A stretch of DNA of 50,685 bases from positions 1 to 50,685 of the forward strand of contig JAUCBJ010004755.1 in assembly GCA_032718475.1 (NCBI GenBank). Reading direction: 5' to 3'. The notes under the pieces are model-generated. The model worked only from the letters and a program-made list of their open reading frames with translations. It did not search any database and was not told the DNA's origin. Source of the DNA: Nemertoderma westbladi. Taxonomy: Eukaryota > Animalia > Xenacoelomorpha. Position 1 is the first letter of the stretch. The number at the start of each line of letters is the position of its first letter. The position numbers were made by a program, and so were the translations under genes. Below are positions 10,877 through 21,679 of this stretch, piece after piece.

Positions 10877-12484
10877 GTTTAATTCGTTATTAATTAACAA
10901 TAAATATTTATTGTAATATTGCCATTACTATATACTATCCACTACTGTATAGATATATAACAATAAATTGATACATGAAATGAGATTGATATTTTTATAA
11001 AGGATGAGGAATTTTAGTTAATTAATAATTAATATTTCTATACATGGTATCTATTGCCGTCAACTTTGGTTTGTTTTCTAAAAACCGCAGTGAATATGAC
11101 AATAATTGCAAGTGATGACAAATAATGGAAATGAAATGCTAGGTACATATCGGTAGTAGCATGTAAGAAGACATAATCACCATCTGTAGACTATTATAAC
11201 CGAAATAATAAAGAAATTAAAGACAGCTTACTTTTTTATATTTGTTAAATACAGTTTTATTGACAAATTACAGTTTTATTTTATTTCATCTAAGGTAATT
11301 TACCCTGTCGAGGATTTCTTCTATAGTATAGTATTTTAAGTATTATTATGTTATATTACAGTAGGTGAAACCTAAGCCCATGGTATACCTAGCCCAATTA
11401 TAACGCAACCTTTTACATCTATCACCTTATGAAAATGGGTTGTTCAATGTCAGCTTATATATCAATGTCACCTAGATAATTTCTATTATAAAACAGTGTT
11501 TACTGTTTAATATACTTCCCTCAACCTAGGTTGTTAATTTTCTATTGTTTCTTCCCTAAAGCCTGGGCAAAATATATAAAATCAAATATTTGAAACTGAG
11601 AAAATCTACTGTACACCAAAACCGTTGAATAATGAATTCATAATAAAATAAACTTTACTTGGAGTATTGTATTGACAAAATGGTTTTGTCGCCTAACCCC
11701 CATTGTATAACGACTTATTAGACTTATTATTGTCTCTGTATTTATGCCTATGGTAGCTTCTCTACTCTAAGATAGGACTAATTATACCGATCATTATAAA
11801 AAAATAAAGCTACACTTTTTTCCCCGGTATGAATTAAGTTGATATATTTAAATAGCATATGGAACTTGTATTTGATACACCATTTATAATAAAAAATGTT
11901 AAATATAACCAATTTTTTATAGCTAGTACCTATTATCTTTTCTTATTTGTCATGTTGCAGAAGGCAAAGCGGCTATAAATTTATGGAAACACATTTTTCT
12001 AACTTTCGCATGTTTTTTACAATATATATTTTTTACTATTATGAATATTACTCTATGAAATTTTTGTCACTGTACTGTAGAATAATATTTCCGAAATTGA
12101 AAAATCTCGTTTATGAAATGCGCTAGTTTTATTTATAATCACCAATCCTGAATTCCTTGTATACGTTGTATTTGCCCGTGTCCATGGAGACTCTGCATCA
12201 AGCTTCAACTGTAGTTCGTTGGACCTCGACTCAAAGTAAACATGGCAGGGCTAACCACTTATAAGAGTTGCTGGGAGACCGACTGATGTGCCAAAAATAT
12301 GTTGGTAGGTGGTCGGAATTTTAAGATTTCAATAGGTCTTAGTTACTAGTTGATCTATTAGAATTAAGGATAAATTATGCTACATTCTTGGTAGATTCCC
12401 AAGAAACATCAAAGCCTTACCGGTACAAATAAAACCGTTTCTAATAAAAGCGTGATAATCTGTGATGTATAATAAATACAAGAG

Positions 12485-12645
12485 AAAGGTTCCACTGGGT
12501 CAAAGATTCCTCAAAATGGATTCCACAACTCCACAACTTGATCAAAGCTTTCACAAAACATGTCCATGATTCCACAGATGGGTCAAAGGTTTCACTCCCG
12601 GGTAATAGTTTCCACAGTTAGTTGGGTAAAAGATTCCACAAATCG
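12485..12645 (+). repeat. Degenerate short tandem repeats (gggtcaaagattccaca-like)
   Basis: Recurrent ttccaca and gggtcaaag words. Confidence 0.45.
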
Positions 12646-14885
12646 TTGATTTTAGTGAAATATTAAATTAATCTATTAATTATTGTGACACGATATGAAT
12701 ATCTTCACATTTATATTACCACACAAACCTTACTTATTTCTTATTTTACAGTCATTACCAATTAATAGAGAGAGACTGTTAATTAATAATAGCGATTAAC
12801 AAAGTATACATTTGGACACTGCATACATTTGGATAAATTCTAAAGATGTATCATGTCCCAGATGTATATATAGCCCACCCCTCGACAAATAATCATAATT
12901 GCTATAAAAAATATCAAAACAAAAACCAAAACAATTGCAACCAAAACAACAAACCATCTGACTCGGACCTGGACGAAATACGCAAGACGCTATACAGAGA
13001 ACGTTATAATCCGAACTATAGGTGCCAGCTACATAGAAAGCATGTACATATATGGGGGCCGACGCATAACACCATCGATTGCGACCAGTGGCAGGCATTG
13101 CTGAAAGAAGATTTGGGTTATGCCACAGATGCGCGGTGGGAGGACATAAGAAGGATAGGTGTCGAGAGAACCCACCAAAGTACACTGAGACTGATGGAAC
13201 TGGAGGCCACACGATGGTGACGAGCACCATGGGAGCAAGGAGGAATGGAACGATACTACTCGGAGTAGTATCAGTGAGAATAATAGGAGAGAACGGGCTA
13301 TCGGTTACGACACTAATGTTGGTTGATAGTGGAGGAGCGTTCACGCTAACGGAGAATACAATACGGCCGAGAAGATACGATTACGAACCAGTTCAAGTAA
13401 AATGGCGGTGACCACGATCTCAAGCAAACACGAGGTCATGAAGATGAGGAGGGGACGATGCGAGATTGCAGCGATAACACCAGGGTGCGACTATGGGGTC
13501 ACCATCGAAGCCATTCAGATAATAGAGTCGATCAACATTAATGCCAGCCAACCTACGGAGATCAAGATCGAGCAGTACCGGCACCTGGACGACATCGACT
13601 TCTCTGCACCCGAACTAGATGTCCCGAAAGTGTCTCTCATAGTCGGTATGGACTGTCCGACGGTCCATGAGAGACTGCAAACCATCTTCGGCGATGATAA
13701 AGAGCGAGACCCGATGGCCATTCTCACGCCATTCAGATGGATGCTCAGTGGCCCAGTAAAGATGGGGGTCCCATTTAGCGTGTCCGAATCCTCAGGATGC
13801 ATGCTGTCCAGTACCGTTGAGGACATAGAGGAGAAGTCAATGTCGGGCATTGGCCGTTGGGGAGATCCCATGTGAGAAGCGGCCCGGAGAAGGATACCAG
13901 GAGTCGTGGACGGGTATGGATCTGGATCCATATATAGTGGAAAGGGTGGAGGACGAATCTGGAGAAATACCGTCGGTAGAGGAGACAGAACGAGAAGCAA
14001 CAGCAAGGGAGTGGGCAGAGGAGAATGGGTTCAACCCAGAGGACCTAGAGGCAATGGGATGGAACACAGATGTTCGTGGCGAGTATCGGTATGAGGATGG
14101 AGAAGAGTGGATGGCGAGATATCCAGAGAGATGTCTGGAAGAGACGCCGGTCCAATTAAGAAGCATACCTATAAACAGGAGGTCGAATAAGAAGACAAGG
14201 TGGAAAGGAAGAGGATGTAAGAAGGTTAGTCCAAAGGCAGAGGAGCCAATGACAAAGTGTGACAAAGGAGGCAGGAAAGTTAGAGGATACGTGTTGTACA
14301 CAGGGCTGGCAGAGTGCGAGGGGGCATTAAATGGTAAACCATTATGCATACCAAAGGATGACCAAGGGTCATCGGGGGCTTTAACACCGGCGTACATATT
14401 GAGGGGGAGGCCAGCAGAGGTGGCATGTACCAGTGAGGATGAGATGAAGGGCGGCATTCTACCGCCAAGTGACGACAAGATGAAGGGTGGCATTTTGCCG
14501 CCAGGGGACGATGAGGAGTTCTGTGAGGTGGTGGAAAGGCCCGATCTTAGGGTGAAGGAGAAGGGAAGGTCAGATCCAAGAGATTTGGAATTGACAAAGA
14601 GAGTGGAGCAAAGTAAAAGAGGACATATAGGGGGGCAGTGGGAGTGATGCCTGCTGGAAGAATCAACCTTAGGTTGATGAGTTGTCCAATACGTTGGACT
14701 GAATGAGGGCGATACACCCTTCTCACAAAAATAATTAAAAATAATATAAAAAAATAATACATAGTATTAGCAGTGAGTAGTTAGTTACAATTACATACGT
14801 TTAATGGGTACAAAAAATGTACAATACATACGTGGTACATATGTACTAATGTATGGTATGACGTACCAACGTACATAATTTACAC

Positions 14886-15031
14886 ACTAACGCCGGGTCA
14901 ATGGGACCATACATACGCACTAACGCCGGGTTAATGGGACCATACGTACGCACTAATGCTGGGTCAATGGGACCATACATACGTAGTAATGCCGAGTCAA
15001 CGGGACCATATGCCGGGTCAACAGGACCATA
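14886..15031 (+). repeat. 33-bp tandem repeat (about 4.5 copies) in the 3' non-coding part of the decayed BEL element
   Basis: cactaacgccgggtcaatgggaccatacatacg units with decaying final copies. Confidence 0.85.
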
Positions 15032-15451
15032 TAGAATCCAGCTGGAGTCATGATTGAGGCTTAAAGGACGTATTAGAGAAACACATGAGAGGAATAGTAT
15101 CGGGGTAGGCCAACCCAGATTGTGTGGTTATTGAACAACATGGCGGAGTTCAGGATTTATTGTGAGAGCTCATATCCTGTGGGATAAGAATTGTCCATAC
15201 GGGCACTACCGGGGGTATGAGTAGGAGGGACACTCGATGGGACCACAGGCATGTAGAGTGGGAATAAAATGGCTTGAGAATGAAAGGAGCATGGGGAGGA
15301 GGTGCTGGAGTTTGGAGGAAAAATAAGATGTGCGTGATCCAAGTGTGGGGGAGCGAGCAGAGGGGAGGATGAGTCCTATGGGTCTAGCGGAATTTCAGCG
15401 CACTTAAGGTGGATGCTATCTTCTCACCGGGAAGATGGGGGGAGTGTTAGC

Positions 15452-17365
15452 TAGATAGATAGATAGATTTATTTATACGTTATGTAAAAACAATAACAAA
15501 TACACCAAACAATGTACCGGTATAAAGGTATTGTCCAACATAACATATAGGATTACCCCTAAAGCTTTGCAGCTTATTTCCAAGGGGGTCCTTTATGTTA
15601 CTTGGTTACAAATACAATATTACACTATGCTAACCTAAAACCAATATAAAACATAATTACACTATGTACATGTACAACTTTACCGAGAGCGTGACAATGT
15701 CCGACTCAACGATAAAGACATAATGTACAGAACAATTTAATATAAAACGTAATTACAGTATAAATAGTAAATAATTATTAATAAACTAATAACTTACTGT
15801 AGGACTATTGTACCTATTGTTACATTGCACACGGAGGTGAGATTTAACTGCAGATTTAAAAGAATGTTGATTATCTAGGTTTTTAATTTCATTAGGCAGA
15901 GCGTTCCAATTTTTTATGCCGTTAAAAAAGAAAGTATCAGATTCGAAGGATTTACAATTCGGGAGGTAGAAGTTTGAAGCACTAGCTCTGGTACTGTAAG
16001 AGTGTGTATCGCGTACTCTGTTGAATTTTTGTTTTAGGTAATTGGGACATTTACCATTATACACTTTATGCACATGGTTAAGGCGTAGCTGCTTAACTCT
16101 ACTATCTAAGTTAAGTAGTCCAGATTCAGAAAAGTCATCTGGAGTTAGGTGGTGCCTAGGTTTGTAGTCTTTAATAAATCGTACTACTTTATTCTGAGCT
16201 ACTTGTAATTTACATTTAAGCTGTTTGGTTAAGCCTTCATACCAAGAAGAGCATGCATAGTCCATGTGACACTGTATTAAAGCAGAGCAAAGTAACTTGC
16301 GGAGTCGGTGTTTAAACTATTTTTATTTCTGTATAGAAACCTAAGCCTACTATTAACTTTCGAGAAAATATTTTTCACTGTACTTTCTCCTGATAAGCAG
16401 TTATCTAATGTGGCGCCTAAATATTTAACTTCCTTTTTATTTTCAATCTTATGTCCATTACTAGTGACTTCAAACTTAGTTACCTTCTTTAACTTTCTTT
16501 TGGAACCAAACAAAATACTTTCAGTTTTTCTGTAGTGAATGGATAGCTTATTATCAACCAACCACTCATTACAGGATTCTAGAACTGCACTTAACTTTTG
16601 GGAAATATGGATAGGATATTTATGAGAGAAAATAAGAGCACTGTCGTCGGCATATAAAATGAGTTTAAAATCGGGATCTATACTTCATATCATTTACATA
16701 GCATACAAAAAGCAGAGGACCTAATATAAAATATAAAATGAGTATTGTACCTTGCGGTACACCACAGGTAATCTCTTGTACAGTAGACTGCGATTTGCTA
16801 ATGACTACAGTTTGACCTCTGTCTGACAGGTAGGACTTGAACCAGTCTATAGAACCTACACCCATCAGGCCTAACTTACCAAGCAGAATTTCGTGATCTA
16901 CAGTATCGAAAGCATTTTGTAGGTCCAACATTACCATACCGGTATATAAACCCTTTGCATTATTACATCTAATTGTATCAGTTAAGTTAATAAGGCAGGT
17001 GTCTGTAGAATATGATTTACGAAAACCGGACTGAAGTTCATAGATCAGATTTAGCCTACTAAGATGTGCCTCCAGCTGTAGAAAAACAGAACGTTCTAGA
17101 ATTTTAGATACAATACTTAAGATACTAACAGGTCTGTAATTACAGGGTTCTTTTTATACAGAGGAACAACCTTAGCTAATTTCAGTTCGTCTGGTACTAC
17201 ATTATCTACGATAGAGTAATTAATAATAAAAGTAATAGGCACTTTAAGTACTTCAGCACCATCCTTAAGAAAACGGGCAGGTATTAGGTCTAGACCAGTA
17301 CTTTTTGAGGCTGATAGGCTAAGTAGATTTTGAAAAACGAAATCCTCAGAAACGGGTTTTAAAAA
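15452..17365 (-). mobile_element. 5'-truncated, frameshifted CR1/L2-group LINE inserted 7 bp into an LTR
   Basis: Minus-strand RT fragments (SKSTGLDLIP, LDLQNAFDTVDH, GVPQG..LGPLLF, LYADDS, KYLG, DYACSSW, WNALP). (TATC)n tail at about 15452-15470. Possible TAGC target duplication at 15448-15451 and 17366-17369. Confidence 0.88.
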
Positions 17366-17830
17366 TAGCGGATTCAATTCCCTGCACTACTCACCGAAAA
17401 TGGGATTAGTGGAATTTTACCAATATAGTTGGCGAGGTGACATTAACAATAATAATGTCACCTCACAACCAACTAAGGCGATACACGCCGCAAGCCACAG
17501 GGAGAGTTGAGAGGTCAAACCATCTCAGAGGGACAAACAGGCTAGCAAGGCTAGCACGTGGGGATAGTGGCAACAGGGAGTGGCGAGGTGACAATTAATC
17601 AGGTTAAGCCAATGGTGGGTGGGAGAGCAAATTGGGAGTGATTAGAGCGCATCTATTGGACACTCAGGCCACTCAGTAGTGTAGAGCTGATTTAGTATGT
17701 GTTAATAATATTGCAGTTATTGATTCTGATTCAGTTGGTTTTCTTATACAGTTGTGAGTCCAGAACAGTTTTTAACCGTCGGCATCACTACCGTGCTATT
17801 ATATTCAGACTGTGCTATTATTACGTTCTG
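17366..17830 (+). repeat. Remainder of the 3' LTR of the decayed BEL element (3'-truncated)
   Basis: tagcggattcaattccc continues TGTTAGC at 15445. Co-linear similarity to the solo LTR at 37759-38422 (gagaggtcaaacca, ggctagca, gtgacaatta, agccaat). Confidence 0.8.
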
Positions 17831-18277
17831 CTCGGACAAATTGCAACAGAATTTAATTTAATAATTTCTAGACCCAAATTTTATGCTTATCAACATATCC
17901 AAAATCGGCCAAAATCGGGATGTTGGAACTTAGTTAAATAGACCATTTCACCATGGCAACAGAAAATTATACATAAATCACCCATTTGCTATAATCCTAC
18001 GGAATTCTAACCTTGACCTACCCCACCCAAATCACTATCGGAGAATCCGATGGGGTACGTTTTGAAACCCAGTTACCATGACAACTATGAGAAGTACATC
18101 ATCTAAATTAATTGTACAGTAAATTTATGAAATTTTGGAAACATATCCGTATTGCGTGTTCCCATTGTTGCAAAATTAGGAAACTCTGTAATTATATTGT
18201 CCTTAAGCATAATTGTTTTTTTCTAGATTTGGTGTTGAAGTGGAATCTAGGTAATAAGAAAATAATATCACCTATAA

Positions 18278-20482
18278 TGTTACGGTATATGGCGCTGTAT
18301 CCATAATATTAGTCATCATGCAGTATGCAATATTAGTCCGTTATGCAGTATGCAATATTAGTCCGTTATACTGTATGTAATATTAGTCCGTTGTGCAGCA
18401 TGATATTTTAGATAAGGCATAATAATGCAGTGGTATTTAGATAGGGAAATCGAAACACCCATATATTTGAATCCATCCATTTTGTATAGTATGTAGCCCT
18501 ACCTACGTAATTTTGTATTAGGTTATATGTAGATAGTTCCAGGGTAAGTTTATTCGGACCCTGGATTCCGTGCTTGCTGATATTAGCTTTAGTAGGGCTA
18601 GCATATAGGGACGCTGTCCTGGCCATTCAGCAGCCAGAGACGTGAACCATTACCATATATGGTAATAATTCGAGGAAAGGGAGCAAATAGGGCTACAATC
18701 CGGCCTCCTTATTGGACTAGCTGCTTCCAGGTTGGTCTAGTGCTAGCACGGACTGGAGAGCCAATAAGAAAGCGATTGAGTCACCCTATTGCATCACCCC
18801 ATCCGGATCACCTATAAATTGGCGGTGTGCCGGTAGAGCCTCACAACTCATCACGTGACACCCCACTTATTGCTGTTGTACTTGCTGAGCTGTCCCTATG
18901 TATTTTTTGACTGATTTTCTGCAATTTGCTAATTTTGATTAGTTTCTTAAAATAATTCGAGTGCGATTATTCTTGCTTGTGTTTCTCAATTAATTCCTGT
19001 CGATTACTGCTAATTACAACTGAACTATGATTTCTACCTTTTGATTAATGGTTCTACGTGATTCCTTTCTGCGCAATAATCCTAAGGGATTTCTGAGACT
19101 GTCAGACTTTGTGATTTGCATGCGCCGCTACGGTAGCTATTAGCATAATGGAGGGCTAAGGCGCCAGTGGGCGGTGGGCACATCGGGGGGTTGGGCGACT
19201 AAGGGAGAGCGGAGGATTCAAAAGCGGGCAACGCTGGCGGGGGTCAACGTTGCGGTCGGGCAGTTTGGACTGTGGGTTGGAGACCGCTCGCCGGTACAGT
19301 AATTAGGGGGCTGATGATCCAAGGTTTTGTCTCTATTTAGTATTAGGGGGCAGGAATTGGGTTAGTTAGGAAGCCTAGATGTACCCGGGAGGGGCCTGCA
19401 TACCTTACAGTAAGTAAGTGGGTAAGTACGTAAGTAAGTTGCGAATTATATAATTGCAGATTGTATAATTGCAAGTCGTGCTATTGTGATCTGTGATTGC
19501 TGACACTGATTGGTGTGTTACTGAAGTGTGCCTGTGATTACGAATGCTTAGGTAGGCACCCTTTCCCTTTTGATTGATTTCTATTTCTTAGTTACAACAA
19601 ATAATTACTGATTAGGTCAAAGTAATACGGCATTTTAGGCTATTACTAGTGAAACCTGTTGTGTAATAAATTAGAATTACGCATTCTGGAACTCTTAGTA
19701 ATTAGTGCGCTGTTACATATTTGTGACTGTAATTAATTAGTAAAATTAAGAATTAGTACGCAGCATAGCGGAGAGTAGCTAAGGTAATAATTAGAGTACC
19801 GTAAACTATTCACGCTGAGCGGTTATTTGAATTAGCGGGCAATAAACTAGATCGCAATAGTTAGTACGCAAGACACTAGTAAGTTGCTGGCCTAAAGCCA
19901 GCTGCAGGCAAGTTTAGACCCAGAGCGGTATCACCTACGAAAGACATTGTACTGTACCAATTTTGATTTATTTAAATATTCTCGCATTCACACATTCCGT
20001 TAGGGAACCTCCAGTATTCGCGATTAGAAAGACGTAGGTAATAGCGTGCTTTAATAAGTGATAGAATTAGGCGTAAGAATACTCTGAGTGCAAGGCCTCT
20101 CGCACTCGTCTTAAGTAAGCTTAGGGAGCCGACTCGGGTTTATTGTTTTGGTTATTCCCGCGTGGCTCATAGATTCGAACAGTTAGCTCTCTATCGAGCA
20201 ATCGGTAGAGAAAGGAACAAGCGATTTTGCAGGAGTTGTGTAAAATTAGTAAAATATATTAGTGGACGGCAGATTAGCGCCATCTAACGGTAAGTAGCGG
20301 TTTTGTATTTAGCAACCCTTACAATTTAGTAATAGCACGCTCCTGATCCCCTTTACTTAACAGTAGAGCAGTCTTTGTGTCTTATTGGTTAGGCGAGAGC
20401 TCATTAGGTTGGCAGAGAGGTATACGGGTATTTGTCTGTTCAACAGTTCTGCTGTTAGTATAGGTGTCGCGGTTGTTTAACA
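18278..20482 (+). repeat. 5' LTR (2205 bp)
   Basis: Starts TGTTAC and ends TTAACA. Direct repeat of 32775-34978. Contains four ~25-bp atattagtccgtt repeats at about 18306-18406. Confidence 0.95.
18710..18850 (+). promoter_or_regulatory. Putative LTR Pol II promoter (CCAAT boxes and TATA box)
   Basis: attgg at 18711, ccaat at 18761, tataaa at 18813, and an Inr-like tcaca about 28 nt downstream. Inferred from motif spacing only. Confidence 0.5.
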
Positions 20483-20880
20483 GTAAGGTATGTGTTATTG
20501 TCTGCTGTAGGCCTACCGCGTACAGTAGGACATAGAGTATATTCTTAGGCCGTGAAGATTTAGATTTACTGATACTTCGTATCAGTAAGGTATGCTTTTA
20601 TTGGCTGTTGCTTGCAGCAGTCAAGAGTGTATTCTTAGGCTGTTAGTTTAGATTACTGCAGTACTGTATTCACTGGTCGCGTACGATAGTACAGTAGTAC
20701 ATTAGGCTGATTGCTGTTACTGCGTACGGTAGAAGGGACATTTGTTTTGCCGTACCACACACAGTATCATTAGGCTGTTAGGTTGGTGTACTGTTTTACT
20801 TACTGTACTGCATACAGTGGATGTACGGTAGTGCGTTCTTGCTAATTGCGAATACAGCAGTTCCTTAGGCCTTAGGGCAA
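20483..20880 (+). repeat. Degenerate repeat array at the start of the BEL 5' leader
   Basis: Recurrent tacagta and (c/a)ttaggc(t/c)g words. cagtaaggtatg occurs twice (20481, 20583). Confidence 0.55.
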
Positions 20881-21679
20881 ATTGTAATTAGTAAGTTTTT
20901 TGAAATTTTAGCTAGGTTTGCGAGAATTCAGTTTCGGTCAAAATTATTTTGTAAAATTCTAGAGTTTTGTACCGGTATGTTAGGTAACCGCTTAGTTATT
21001 TTATACCATCTGGAGATACATGGCAAGACGGAACTTCTGAGTTTGGGGTTCGTGTGGGTCTGCGGGTTCGGTTTGCAATCAGCGAAGGGCCTGAATCTTT
21101 GGACGCGGACGTGGAATCTCACAGCAAACAAGGTTAGTTGTTCTGTTGGCACCAGTGTGTTTGTGGAAGCAGTAAAAAATTATCGGTTGTTTAACTGCGA
21201 AGCTGAACTCAATTTATTAGTTAGGATATTTAGGTTTAGCCGGCCATGGTTTTGAATCGCTCAAGTTAGAGAGAGAGTTAGAGAGAGTCGCAACCCGAAG
21301 ATGTAGCCACGCGCTAGTGGATACATATAATATTTGAAATTAAAATTACGTTGATTAGAGCTATATATATATAAAATTAGAAATATTCGGGCGGCAAGTA
21401 TATTTTGAATATTTTGTATTAGATTCAAAGTTATTTTGTGCTATACCGGTATTTAATGCTATATAATAGCTAAATAATAATATTTTTGTTTAAATATTGT
21501 GCTAGTATTTGCTATAACTATATACCCCATTAAATTCACAATATTGCATTGCGAATTTATTTGACATTTTGGACCAACTGATTATTTGACAAATAATTTG
21601 ACCGTATTTCGGTTAAATTATAATTATATCTCGAACTTTTGCGAGATATTTTTGCCGGAAGGCAAATATTATTTAGACT

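Larger units (their letters stand above)
12790..17830 (+). mobile_element. Decayed, internally deleted BEL/Pao-type LTR element (gag knuckles, protease, integrase remnant, PPT, split 3' LTR)
   Basis: Frameshifted ORFs with a Cys/His knuckle (CHRCAVGGHKKDRC), protease LVDSGG, BEL-type SLIVGMD...PMAILTPFRWMLSGP and integrase-end ALTPAYIL. No RT found. PPT gaagatggggggag then TG at 15445. Left boundary approximate and no 5' LTR seen. Confidence 0.75.

Noticed and set aside
10877-10900. ORF-track start of the cyclase at 10900
   Set aside because: Non-ATG start. The ATG at 10876 matches the H-NOX N-terminus.
18408-18626. 72-aa minus-strand ORF duplicated at 32905-33123
   Set aside because: The duplication just reflects the two LTRs, and there is no coding evidence.
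19311-19345. ctgatga as a hammerhead ribozyme core in the LTR (retrozyme-like)
   Set aside because: No stem II followed by GAAA at the right spacing.
21147-21160. tggcacca as a conventional PBS
   Set aside because: Lies about 665 nt from the LTR end, and is better explained as part of the long-range duplex with 30346-30357.
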